In this document: piece after piece, positions 26,106 to 39,761 of the stretch
How positions within the stretch are numbered: position 1 is the stretch's first letter
How the letters are laid out: each line of letters opens with the position of its first letter
Assembly: GCA_030704615.1 (NCBI GenBank)
Contig: CM060733.1
Span: 53,134,001 to 53,198,000, forward strand
Origin: Takakia lepidozioides
Taxonomy: Eukaryota; Plantae; Bryophyta
Direction of reading: 5' to 3'
Length of the DNA stretch: 64,000 bases
Notes under the pieces: model-generated
What the model was told of the DNA's origin: nothing
The model's database searches: none
Seen by the model: only the letters and a program-made list of their open reading frames with translations
Translations under genes and position numbers: made by a program

Positions 26106-26774
26106 TTCGATTGGATAGTGCACATTGTGTCACCCTAGTGATTGGGGCTCAAATCCTCTTTCTGTGTCCTGTGTGGTATGTAGGGGGTTAATATTTCCCC
26201 CCTCCTCTGTAAAGGGCCTGAATTGTGAGGTTTCCTTCATAAAAAGCAACATTGCTGAACTTGGGCTTTTTTCAAAAAATTAAAATCAAATCTATAAGTC
26301 AATACTCGATTTTTATGAGAAAATATAATGGGACATAAATAAAGCTCTAGAGGGCTTCCTCCCCATTTCATTAATTAATAATAATAATAATGATAATAAT
26401 GGGCCTTGTCCCTTTAATAAAAACAAAGTCCCTCCAAGGTGTTTCCCTTTATTTAAAAACAAATAAAAAAATACAATTTGACTAAACTCTGGCAGCCTGG
26501 CTATTGACCGAGCGGACATGTGGCGGCCATTTACCCCGCTCTTCAGTGCGGCAGCTATTAAAGTATACTCCACCTACCTACCTACCGTATATAGGATAGG
26601 CAGGTACCTATGTTGTACTGGGATATGTACGTAGTATGCTCACACATCTGTATACTGCTGTTCCTGTTGCCGAGGTGCACGGTGATAGAGGTACCTACTC
26701 CTGTAACCGTGGCACTTGCGAGTGGGCAACTCACGATCGGCGTGGAGGGAGGGAGAGAGAGCGAGGGGAGAGCG

Positions 26775-29700
26775 ATGGCGTGGTGTTTGAGATCGGGCTT
26801 GCGGACAGGCTCAGCTGCAAGGTCTAAGCTTGGCGATTGGATTTCTTCACGGATAGTTCAACGTGCATCTAATTGGAGTTTTGGTGATCATCTGCTTGTG
26901 CAGGAGGAGAGGGCAGGCCCCAGGTCCGTAGTACTTCATGTTGTTGGCTCTGAATGCTTTGGCACAGGAAGGTTGACAGAGGCTAGAGCGTTTTGATATT
27001 CTTGTGAACCATAATCATGCCTTAAGAGATTTTCTTCTTTTATCTCTATTGCGAGAACTTTCTGCAGCATTCGTGCCGTTCACTTGTGTTCAATCAGAGA
27101 GAGTAAATTGTGATCTTCTCTCCTCTTCCTACACTGGGTGAGAGGAGAGCCAGTGCATCAGGATCTGATATGCCTGTGGATCTAGTGTCAGATTGAACAG
27201 TGGACTGATTGGCGCAGGAAGTGGCATAGTCCACCCCAAACGGAAATTTCAAGTGAATATTTGGATTTGATGCTAGGTCAACTGTTTACCATCCAAGTAG
27301 GTACAAGGAGCGTAATTGCCTCCAAGCTCGAAAATATTCAACGGGATGGTAGCTTGTAGCCTGTATACTAGCAGTGCAAATAAAAAATATAGGTGCGCGT
27401 CAATTAGATGCCATTGAGTGTAAAGGGGCATCTTGACTGTTTCAGATCACTCTTTGAATCATTACCTTGGGCATGCAATGCTGAAGGTCGGAGCAAGAGG
27501 CATGGACAGACAGGAGTTGGTGGGGGGCTGCAATGGGCCAGGCCTCTGTGCTGCAGAGCGGAAGAGAAGGAGCATCCCCGTCTAAAGGGAATGCTCACGT
27601 TGCAGGAGTTGAAGGAGCTGGCAGAGCTTGATTCCATTGACACCGTAGTGGTGGGCCTCACAGATTGTTATGGCCGCTTGATGGGCAAGAGGTCGACCCT
27701 CTGTCTGTCATCTTTATCTACCTTAAGTGTGGTATTCTTAGCATTATCCATTGTGCTGTTTTGCCGCAACAGTAAAGGGGGCTGTAACATAGGTGCATAA
27801 CGAGCTAGTGTCTATTTTACAGCAACAGAATCAATCAACACATACTGGCTTGCACTCGGCATTCCTTGCCTGTGCTTTTTCTTTGAGTTAATGGAAATAG
27901 GCAATTATGAAGGGTGCTCTGAGGGACGGTTTCATTGCTTGCTATTCAGAGGAATATCACAACAGGGTGTGATCTGAGATTGTGGTGTGATCACAGGGTG
28001 CACCTAAATATGTGTAGCTTGTGAGTTTAAGACACGTTCAAGTACTCAGTTTAAGGTTGAATGGTCCCTCACTCCTGGGGTCACCACTTTGCGCACAGGT
28101 ACACAGCAACCTTCTTTCTGGAGAGTGCAGTGACAGATGGGTCGCATGCATGCTCTTACTTACTGGCCACTGATATGAACATGGAGCCAGTTCCGGGCTA
28201 CAAGTTTGCTAGCTGGGAGCGTGGCTATGGTGACATTCATTTGGTTCCTGATCTTTCCACTCTTCGGGTTGCAAGCTGGTACATCACATGCCATTCTGCT
28301 TTGAGGGACTTGGATAAGACGTTTTAGGATATGCTGCAGAAACTTTGTCAAGATATGCTCTGTCACCTGCCCTGTACCTAAGGTTGTTTCACTTTTATTT
28401 CCCAGAACAGCTGAAGTTTCATTAATAGTGGGCACCAACAGAAAGCTATAGAAGGTCAGCACAATGTGATAGGTTTGGCGGGGGGGTTTAGTTTCATCAA
28501 TTGAAGTAGAGGAAACTGTCTTTTGAAGTATAACATGGGACTTTTCAGATTGCAACTTCTGAAAAGTTGGTTTGAATTGTTTTGAATTTGAATCAGGAAG
28601 TAGCTTCAGCAACAAGCTCAACAGCATTCACCAAAGTCAAATGAGACTCATTAGAATAATTTGTGAGTTGAGATTCAAATTCAGTTTTCAATTGATGAGC
28701 TTTGTCAACTAGTCGCCTATGTAACCTGATGTGATCCAACACATTTGGCAGGCTGGAGAAGACTGCCTTGGTGTTATGTGATGTGATGGAGGAGGGCAGC
28801 CATAATCTGGCACCGCATGCGCCACGCTCTATTCTGCGGAAGCAAGTGCAAGCCGCACATGCAACTGGTGCCTTTGTTCCCATGGCTGCTTCTGAACTTG
28901 AGTATTTCCTATACCAAGAGCACTACGAAGAAGCTAAGGTACTATTTATTTACTGGATAAGCACTCATTGGAGACATGATGATTTGCAGCCACCTTCACC
29001 TGCATTCTCATCCCTCTGCAGCACCATGTAACAGTTGACTCAACTTCCAAAGCCAGATGACCTCTGGTAAAATATTGGGACGTCTTCAGCCCTTTGTACC
29101 GAGAAGGAACTACTGCTTGAGGCACATTTTTTATCCTTTCAATGTGTCGATGAGTATTATAGTGTCTATACTTGAGGTTGTAAATGAGTGTCTTTTTTTC
29201 TCTTTCTCTCTTTCTTTCTTTCCCTCTGCTCCATGTGGCCACAAGGTTACGGTAAGTGAAGTCTAATGAGTGCGTTCTGTGTGTCTTTCACTCTGTGCTT
29301 AGGAGAAGAGCTACATGAACCTGAAACCAGCAGGCTGGCATCGTGAGGACTACCACATTCTACAAGGGACCCGTGAAGAATATTTTAATGGTATGCATAT
29401 ATTCTGCCTTTACTGATGGATCTAATGATCCGGACAGAGTGATGGAGCTGATCCATCTTACATGTGATCTGCAGCACTGAAGGCTGAACTGTCCATCGTA
29501 CCAAAGCTGGATTCTTTCGTATTGTCCCTGTCATCACCTAGGTGCACAAGCATAGTGAATGTTGCTAGGACTGTTCCAGCCAGGTGCCTCTGCTGGACCT
29601 GCAGGGACCCTTGATTGCAGGTGCTGGCTGGCAGCCTCGCATTACACTTATTCGGAATTGACTGGTAGTTTACACAGAAAGATAGTTGACTAAGTACGTC

Positions 29701-32700
29701 AATCCAATGACGATGTTCACATGTTTACCCACAACTACATGAAGTTGATGCACAACTGTGGTTTTCCTCAGGTCCAGCCCGCCGCCATTTGGAAGCATCT
29801 GGTGTCCCAGTTGAAAACAGGTAGTTCTTCGTATCACAAACAGTATCAAGTCAGTAACTCTAATGCGTCTGTCATCTGGCTCCTTGTAGTTTCTGGGTGT
29901 TGCTGTCGAGTGTTCTGGTGCTTCTGGGATCTCGCTTCATCGCAACTCATGCAGTATCTTCATCATGCTCATACATTTGGTCAGAAACTCTAGGAGCCAT
30001 GGCTCCGTAACGAGCTTGCTTAACATATTCGCTATTACTAGGTTCCCCTGCATGTGCTTCTGTAGCATTGTCCCAGGCGGGAGTACTGCCATGTCTGTAG
30101 GCCATAGGGAGCCTCTGCAGTGGTGCCTTGAAAGGTCGGGTGGCAAGGTTGGCCACGATTGCCCTGTGAATGGTTTCACCTGAATGACAACCTTTTTTGG
30201 TGTCCAGATCCATTGTGGATGTATGTGTAGAGATTTTGGTATCAAGACCCCATAGAAATGCCTTCGCATTCCTTTTTGCTGCAAAAGTGCTAGTTTTCAC
30301 AAAGTCGGAACCTGTCTCATCTGTAGATGGGTCATGAATGGGTGCAGCAAAGGCGAATTTGGGCTTGGGCAGCATGAGCTCAATGTGAAATATGCGGAGG
30401 TCTTGACCATGGCAGACCGGCACGTAGTGTACAAGCAGGTGGATATCTGCAATCTCTGATTTTGTCAATCTTGACTAGCTGCTTCCCTGCCCGGTTGCCG
30501 CTCTCAAGGTCAGAAATGACTCCAGGACTCTTTTTCCTTAAAAACAGTTGCAACAAATTTAAATCAGCTCAGTACACTGGTCGGAAAGAGCATGTGCATT
30601 GTTGGGTGAGGCCTGTATGGTTCCAGAGAAGTGTGTGTGCCTATCAAATGGTATGCTGGTCGCTGCGGACACCTGTCCAATTGCTTCACTATCAATATCC
30701 TAGTGATGGTTACTCAAAAGAGCATGATAGACAGGACAGTATCTAGCAATCCAACGATTTTTGGTCTGGAATTAGTCATATAACAACTTAAGTGTCTGAT
30801 TATTTCCACCACAATTACAGCTATATGGAGAAGATAGATCTGTCAAAGAATATCTTATGAAGATAGTTTTGAGCGTCAGCAGCTGCAATCTTCTGGCTTA
30901 TACGGTTTCCCATAACTTGTTTGGGCCAGTGCTTGAAGGAGCTTGCGGAAGCCACAGGAGTTGCAGTTACCTTCATGGCAAAGCCTGATGCAGCTCAGCC
31001 AGGCTCTAGCTGCCACATCCACCTGAGCCTTTGGAAGGATGGGTGCAACATGTTTGCGGGAAATCACAATCTTGGTTCCACCCTCTGCAGGTTAAGTTTA
31101 AAGAGATGAACTGGCTTTGAAGAACCACACGGTTTCTATGCTGCACAGTTATCATATAGAAGAGGCCATGTGTGGTCTCGGTGCATTTAGTTCATTTTAT
31201 GAGTTCAGGTTTTGGCACTGGCAGTTGATGTGGTTATGCATAGCCTTCTCAAAGGTGTTTCACAAATATGCCCAACGTTCCCATGACCCATATATGCTGG
31301 TTGCTAACAACATCCTTCATGGTGGTCAAGAGTTAATAGTGTGTTCACTATTTGGGTGATTGTTCACCAAAGTGCTTGGTATGACAGTCCTTACCTTTGA
31401 AGAATGGCAGGCTCCACTGGGGCAAAGGCTGCACCTGTGAAAATACATGGATGCCAGGTTTAAGTGCACTCTAGCAGTGTTGTGTAGAAATCATTAATTT
31501 GTGTCATTGTTAACAAATCTGAGTATGGGAGGGAATGTGCAGTGACGAGTTTCGCTGGTTTCTTGGAGGATGGATGAAGCACACTCCGGAGCTGATGGTG
31601 TTCTATGCCCCCAATGTAAACTCTTACAAACGCTACATTGCAGGCAGCTGGGCTCCAACTCAAATTGCCTGGTACTGGTGGCTGCCTAAAACATGCTTCA
31701 AAGTGGATTGCACTTCAACTGAGAATTTGTTGGCTTGCATATTGCAAAAGGGTTTGTGGGATTATGTCAATTATACAAGCTCATGGTTTGGCCATGAGGT
31801 GGAATAATCCAAGGTAGTTGGTGCAACATTTGTCAGCAATACCGAAATTGTGAGTACTTATTTAAGGTGTCACTTAAGTTACCATCCAGGTATATGGTAT
31901 GTCAAGGCAGGTATGTCAGGGCCAATGTACAGATTCAAGATGCATAAACTGCTGAAGGTTACGATCACTAAGGCATGTCATGGTATGTTGTGCATGGCCC
32001 CGCACCATTGAGCTTGCTGCAAGGCATGGAAGGGCATTGTATGACCTGCATGACAGTCAAGTACTCAATTTCATTGTGTTTCCTACCAACTAATGTTTGC
32101 AATGTCCTTACATGGGCAGGAGTCGCGACAATCGAACAGCTCCATTTCGAGTATTAGGGTCAGGAAAGTCACTGCGCATTGAATGCCGGCTACCAGGTGC
32201 CGATTGCAATCCATACCTGGCCTTTGCTGCTGCTCTTGCTTCAGGTCTGGATGGTATCCGCAACCGGATTGAGCCACCACCTCCGCTTGAGGGTGACATA
32301 TATAATGCCAAAAATCTGCTCACAGTGCCTCAATCGCTGGTTAGTCTGTTGCTTTCTTTCTAAAGCAAAAGTTATAAAGCACCATTTCATTTCATTTCTG
32401 TCCTTTGGAAGCTGGTATTTTTCAGAGCTGTTCACCCAATGTGTTGGATGAACAGAAAGCCTCAGACCATTGCACTTTAGTACTCATGTGCAAAGTCTTG
32501 CACACTTATCACTTAGGACTGGAGAGTTAGTTAGAGATCAAGATATTTGTGGGTTCAGGTGTTCCTACAGTGTAAAACTTGTATACCTGTGTTCACACAT
32601 CTTAACAATGAGATCTATGTGAATGTATGACCTTCCAAGAATTCTACTTTACAGTATCTTAGGGTTGTTATTACTGAGATTGGGGAGTGGTTATGAGCAG

Positions 32701-32859
32701 GGGGAGGCAATTGCTGCATTCAAAGGTAGTTCCTTCGCCAAGGAAGCATATGGAAGTGAAGTCCATCAGCATTACCTACACTTCTTTCAGACAGAAGAGC
32801 TTGCGTATTTGCAAGCTGTCACAGATTGGGAAAAGGTGCGCTACTTTGAGCAGATATAA
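26775..32859 (+). CDS. Glutamine-synthetase-like gamma-glutamyl ligase (bacterial GlnA4/PuuA/PauA type) with N-terminal transit-peptide-like extension, ~518 aa, 11 exons
   Basis: Exons 26775-26821, 27446-27691, 28099-28278, 28752-28938, 29303-29390, 29772-29820, 30348-30438, 30930-31090, 31543-31671, 32120-32339, 32701-32859; all in phase. Motifs IDTVVVGLTDCYGRLMGKR, SWERGYGD, ASELEYFL, ENSKGEFGLGQHELN, FMAKP..GSSCHIHLSL, NSYKR, DNRTAPFR, RIECRLPGAD. Exon 1 is the least certain. Confidence 0.9.
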
Positions 32860-33831
32860 TGCAATGTGGAACTTCAATGGTCTCAAGGTAGACCTCAAAA
32901 GATGGACATTGGTGTTGGCCAATAAAAGTCCTAAATCCCAGTGTTCCAATACATACACATGAGGAAGGTATGGTGGTTTTAGGTCCAGCATGGGAGCAGA
33001 GAAGCTTTTTGTCTCCAGCTTCACAGCTTTCCAGGGACAGTTTTGTACTAATTTTCACCTAAGGAGCAGAGGTCACCACATCTCATGCTTAGGCCAGAGC
33101 ATCTGTTCTCAAGCACCACAGTGGATCCATGGCTACTCCACTCCCTTGAAGGTGATGCAAACCTGGTGGGGTGAAGTGGGAATTATATCAAATGATAAAT
33201 TCTCCGAGACAGTCAGATCTAAGCTCTCCTAATCATGTGCCATCCTATCTCCAGTGATGTGGCGTAAAGTGGGAGTCCATCATCATGTTTTCCAATCCAA
33301 CCAGACAGAATTAATCCTGTATGGCAATCAGCCATATTGTGTATGCAGGCAATGAACCACAATTTAGCACAGGTCTGGTAACCTACCCTAGCTGGAGAAA
33401 TTATAGTTGATTGATGAAATCAAGTCTTGAGGATATTGATTGTCCAATTGCTGCAATCCAGCCATGTGCGCCTCACCGTGCCCAATTTATTGAAAGATTC
33501 ACTGTCCGAACAATGACAACAGATCTAGAAATCACTGCTTTGGAGCAGTATTTTCCATTCCTACAGTTACTTGCACTCACACAATTATGATCATTTATTG
33601 ATGGTTGAGGGTCATCCTGGAGGCTAAATTCTACTTCATCCCATGTTTTGAGCTAATTGTAACTAACCCTCCTCCAGTTACTCTTAGAAGGTATACTGCA
33701 ACCTTGTCTTTTGAGCACCACCTTATTCATACTCACTCACCTATCAAAGAGCCACTGCAATTGGAGTCACATCCATGCTTGAGGTGACAGCCAGTACAAG
33801 CTTGCAGGCTCGTTGGAACAGAGCTCCCAAG

Positions 33832-36800
33832 TTACTCAAATACTTGAGGAATGCTCATTTCCTGATATTCAGGATCCAACCACTTGGGGTAAGGAAGGCC
33901 CTTAGCTTTCAGAAATTCGACATTGTAAATCTTACTTTGGTATCTGGTCCCCAAATCACATAGAATAGTAACAATGGTGTGCCCTGGCCCCAGCTCCTTA
34001 GCAAGTTTGATAGCACCTGCGATGGCATAGTCAAAGAAAATCAGTTGAATGGATTGGGCCACAAGATGACACAAAGCCAAAAAGGAAGTGCAACTAGACT
34101 CATCACTACATGAAATGCAAACCTGGTCTTCACATAATACTAGCTGTCCAGGGTGACACAAAAACAGAGGTCAGCGTCACATATTCACCCTATTTCACAA
34201 GGTTTGAGAGAAACCAAAAGAGAAGGGATTGCATGGGATGGGCTGAGAGTACTTCGTAGCCCCATACTTGCTAAGCAAGACCTGCTACCTACGACAAAGA
34301 GAGCAACAAACATGGAGTGCATCCAAATGTATACCCCCAATATTGATAGCTGTTGAACCACCCATGCAATAACCTTCTTGCTTCAGCAGATCATAAATAA
34401 GTGGCAGTGCCTCCTCGTCTGTTACCTGCACATGAATCCAGCAGAGAACATGAAACTCATTCTTCTATTCTGGGACTGAAAACATCTCCCCACCAGATGA
34501 AAGAGACCAATTAGCTTCTAAAAGCTTGCTCATACAACCTTGAAAGTGAGAAGCACCCACCTGGCACCAAAAATCAACAACACCACCCTCTCTGGCAGGT
34601 ACACCCCAGTCCTCCAGATTGGCAGTAACACGACCTTGACCTATACCCTCTGAAATCTGCCACCACCATGTGTAGAATTGATATCATTGCAGAAACAGTC
34701 ATTTGATTTGCCAAGCTCCATATTCCATATTCCACATTGCATGTAGCATGAGCAATTCATTACATTTCTTCAAATTTTTCTACATATCAGCCGGGTTCAA
34801 ATTTACAGCCATGTAGATGCAGCTGTAGTCAACATGTCTCGTCCACATGTATACTTCAGCAGTATCCTAGCAAAGGTCAATGATAAAGATGCAATTGGAA
34901 GTCAATAATATCAAATGGGACAGCAAGTAAACAAGAACAATACCGAAGTGCCAGATGATTCAAGGATACCGCTGGAATAGTAATTGTACATTGCAGCTCC
35001 CATTGGATCTGCCATCCCAATCCTTATATTGGGATTCCTCTCCTTCAAGTACTGCACCACATCGATTACATCAAGAAAAACTACTCATTAGCCATGAAGG
35101 AGGTGCTACTCAGACAGGAATAGAAGAAGAGCCCAGTTATGGTGGAAAGCAAATAATGCATCTTAATGTACCAAGACACTTGTGGAAACATGTGGAGATC
35201 TTCACCTTGCCAACGCCGGCAAGCGTGCCCCCAGTGCCAATGGCACATATAAAACCATCTACTTTTCCTCCTGTTTGCTTCCAGATCTCTGGCCCTGCAT
35301 CACCGTTACCAGTCCACAGTTTCTTCTCCTGCATTTATTTCTTTTAAAATAGCTAGAAAGACCAGCCTGTGGAATTCATTGCTTCCCTGGACATCCGTCA
35401 CATAACAGGGGAATGTGGGCAAACGGGTTTTTCACGAAATCTTCAGCAACCAACACATTAAGATGTCAATTTGAAGTAAACAGTCTTCAGATCTTTAGAA
35501 AGGTCCCTTACCAGTGGTTTCGTAATGCGCTTGGCGGTTTGCTGTATTATCAAACTGCCAACCCCTCCCCAAATCGATGGAGTGTAAGGTTCAAATTCGA
35601 TCAAGGCACAAGGTTAGAGTCAAAGCTACAAATAATAGCTCCTTCCACAGCAGTGCATTCCGCAGACCAGAAGCAGGAGGCCACCCACCCTCCCTTACAA
35701 AACACATAGTGGTTGTTGGAACCTTTGACACTATTAAGACACCATATAACTTAAAAGTAATTCTTAGTCTGCAGGAATTGAGAGCCCTGATATGCACATT
35801 ATTAATGAAAATTTCAGGGCATACAGATGCCAAGCAGTCAGCGTGTGAGAATTTTGATTTTTTTGGTTCAAACTGATAGGGTTATCATAAATACCAAATC
35901 CAGCCATGATGACTTGACGTGGTGCATGCTTCTTGATAGCTAAACATAGAAGATTTTAATGGAAGCAACCCATTATGATCATCTCCCACCAGTGACATCA
36001 GCCACCAGTGACAGAAACAAAACTTTGCATAACAAACTTCATATGAATTCAGTAGATATCCCAATTTTCAAGCAGTTACGGTAATTGCGGCAGAATCGCG
36101 TCAGCTGCACTGATTATTGAATACATTAACTGGAACCTTGCGAAGCTGTTCAGGCCAAAATTTGGGCTAGGCTGAGCGAGTTTGGGAGCTCAAATCTGCA
36201 CTAATTATAAGCAGAACTGTAGCTTTACAGCAACATTATAGCTACAGAAGTTATCAAGGTTGGGTGCAAAGGACATACACAAAAGCTAACCTAAGTCAGA
36301 GCCTCTCATTATACAAGGACTGCTGCCCCCTCAAGCGCAGGTGCTGTCAATGTGCCCTGGCACCCACATCGTACTTGGTCTCACCTGATGGTCTTGAAAT
36401 CTTATAAAGCTTCCATCAGCCACCAGGATCTTACACTGCTCAGAATGGATGACAAATGCAACCTCTGTGAAGGAAAGTTCTGCCTCCAGCAAACTGCCAT
36501 TGGAATGTAGTAAGGCAAGGACCTCTATACAGTGTCCACTACAACATAAATTCCATGCAACAAATAAAAAAATCCACTTCAGCAATGGGCATACCTGATT
36601 TCCCCATATTGCACCCCCTGGATTTGACTGCAGGAGCACATCAACATTGTCAAGGTTGAACTACAGTACTCACAACAACTTCTAATATGACCATAGGACA
36701 ACAACAAACTTGGAACCAATCATAGAGAAACTTAACAGAAATGTTTCCAACAACAATTCAGAACAGAACATTCAGATGAAGGTTTCTAGTTTCTTGAACA

Positions 36801-39761
36801 CATGTTTACCATTGATGATTAAAATACTGAGCAGGCATGCAAGAAAGTAAACATTAGTAGAGCTGGTTTGCACTGCATTTGCTAACTTTTGGACAGTCTG
36901 TAGAAATGAGATTCTTACTTGGGCAAGAGAGTCTGCAAGCCGTCCAGAATATTTCACGTAATTGTTTGGATTCTTGTACGGCACTGCTGGAACCTTCACT
37001 GACAAAAATGTGCATAAGAGAGGAGTTCCTTGCTACCAATCCAAAACAAAGGCCACAGATTCAAGCCTAGCAGACTACAGTGGATGCAATACGAAACTGT
37101 CGTGCACACATCCACCTGGCGACCTACAGAGCATGCAAAGTAAAGATCCAGCCAACTATTAGAACAAATAAGCCACAGCCAAGACTCAAACTGATCTTTA
37201 ACTCCAAAACGCATAGTCTCTGGAAGTCAAGATGATGAAATCATCATAGATCCCCACCAATGACATGAGCCTGTGGAATTGCGTAGGAGAACAAGCATCA
37301 AACCACTAACTGGAGAATCCATGGGAATGACCCAAGTGTATGTTGGTCCACAGTAGCAGGCTACCTGCCTACCCCTATTACTCCAGAGGCGGTGGTGCTC
37401 ATACTAAAGCAACCAAAAGAGGAACAACCTGGAACATGCGATGGAGAGCTCTTCTATGAAGAAAGAGTCCAACTTCTAGGCCACATGCCAAACACTGAGA
37501 GAACCGAGTTGACTTAAAACGACACACAAAACTTGTTCCATGCAGTGCAATAGGGTACTATCAGCTCTACAGGATTGTCCTGTCCCAAGCTGCCTATAAT
37601 GTAGAACCTAAAAGTTGATTCAAGTTCTGCCATCTTCCTCTACATACACATGGCCAAACGCCCAATTACCTCAACAAGTGTTGCACCCGCAATACGAAGC
37701 ATATCCTTTTTCTCCTGCACCATAATACAACAGCAATTTTTTGCTAAATCTGTGAGTGATGAGTGCCTCAGCGTTCTACTATAGGGAAGCAGCAGTGGCA
37801 GCTCTTGAATCTGGCAGTGGCAAGTTAGTGTCCTCCAAGGCCATGTTGGCCAACCTGTCCACATTTAATAGCAGTGACTACTCCATGCAGTTATTATGGG
37901 AAGCGGATATAGGTTGAGGGCTGACTTTTCCTCTTCTGGTTGGATGTTCCATGAAACCTAATCCACACAATGCAGCATTTTCAATGAGAAGACTATTTGT
38001 GCACCAAAGATTGCGGAAGTATCCAACCTGACTTTGAGTAACAGGGATGACAATGACAGTCTTGTATCCCATGGCATTGCCCACCAAGGCTAGCCCTATC
38101 CCTGTGTTGCCAGCAGTGCCCTCTACAATCACACCTCCAGGTCTTAGCAAACCCTTCTCCTCAGCATCCTGTGTGGACATCCGTCGTCAGTATTATTCTC
38201 GTTTATGTGCTAATACTTGTCATTAGATGTTGCACATGTGGCAATAGTGAAACCTTGACCACCATCCGCCCTTGGCTAGACTCAGCCTTTATGGATGTGA
38301 GAGCTGCAAGTTGTCTATTAGACCTACATAGGTGCTGCCTCAAAGATGCAGCAGTGCCTGGCACAAAATTACACTGTAGTAAGATCTCAGAACCTACAGA
38401 CCTAGGTTTGTAAGCTGCAACACCTGAGCCGAATCTCGCCAATTTCAGAGTGGCTTCTAGTTTGAAGGTCTTGCCTTGATGATGTAGAGAGCTGCGCGAT
38501 CCTTCACAGATCCCCCAGGATTCAGAAACTCAGCCTGCACCAATGTACAACACTTACATTTCACACTTCTTGCCACGTACTCTGACGACGCAGCTCATAC
38601 CCTAATGATGCAATAGCAAAGCTACCAACTGCCTCAATCACAACAGTGCAATAGGACGTTGGGCAGTGATGTGCTGTTCTTATCTCAGACTGGTAACTTC
38701 AATTCAGGTTTGCAGTTGTGACCTAATTATTTGTGCAGTTGGCTAATTTGACAGACCCCTCTCATCTGTGGCGCCTGCAATCTAATCCAGGTTTACAAAG
38801 GTACTATTTTTAATGTGAGCACACATGCATGGCTTAGGCTTAGTAGGCACTAGTAAATCCTTTGTAGTTATTTATACGTTCCCACAGGGCGTGTGCACAA
38901 ATGTTTTCAAAAGACCTACAGTCAACCACATTGCTGCAATTTATTGAGGGGTTGTCAATAGGAATGGCCTAAGACTTGTACCTTGCCATAGATTTCACAT
39001 CCAGTGGCTTCTGATGCGGCATTGAGACGAATAAGGGGTGTATTACCCACCTGAAAGACAACATCAGCTCCACGATTATGGACCTCTTTGTCGCTCACCC
39101 ACCCCCTCTGACGAATTTCTAATTCTCTCCTTTGCATCAACAACCGGAAATAATAACAAAGCAATTCCATCAAACTGAAGCTGACGGACAACTCTTCCTA
39201 CCTATGCCTGTGGGGCCTTGCTGCTGGGCATCCCGCCCAACAAACATCCAAGAGATTCAAAAGAATCACCAGAGTTCTCACCGAATCAACAAACCCTTTT
39301 CGAACGCCAAGGTCTCCAAGTGACGCCAGTGTCTCCGTATGCAAAGGCAAAGATTGCGGCATCCTCACCCGCTGCAATTTCAAAAACACATTTTCAACAA
39401 TCATTCCAGAAAAAACTGAACCGAATCACAACTGACCTACATGTAATCAACGTCCAACTACTGCAGTCGCTGAAGTCTGAGCGGGATGCACTTCCCAACA
39501 AGGAAATGCTTCTCCTTACCGAAACCCGAGCATTCGCTGCGGAAAGGAAAAGAAACAACTGGGAGAGCACAAAACCCAATTGCCGACTAGACCAACCCAA
39601 CCCAAATGTGCCCTTCAATTGCCACTACAACCATGCAATCCGGAAGCCTGAAGGGAGGGATTCATTACCTGTTTCTGCAGTCTCCGAGAAAACACAGCAT
39701 GCAGCGTGCCAAGGAAGCCTGGCGATGTGTCGAGCAGAAAACAGGAGCGACGCAAACTCAT
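33832..39761 (-). CDS. cysK: PLP-dependent cysteine synthase (alphaproteobacterial CysK / fungal CysB-type) with presequence, ~405 aa, 14 exons
   Basis: Exons 39761-39669, 39371-39282, 39050-38982, 38534-38475, 38168-38028, 37714-37670, 36993-36919, 36627-36595, 35554-35512, 35294-35206, 35051-34944, 34656-34561, 34425-34335, 34016-33832. Motifs [15 protein letters not shown] (PLP Lys), [24 protein letters not shown]. Intron 4 is GC-AG. Confidence 0.92.

Noticed and set aside
27408-27445. ATG 27408 as start of the GS-like gene
   Set aside because: A good acceptor at 27445 joins in phase to the upstream exon 26775-26821; 27408 remains only a possible alternative start.
26775-39761. Bacterial contamination as the source of the prokaryote-type enzymes
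   Set aside because: Both genes have 10-13 spliceosomal introns and sit between plant genes.
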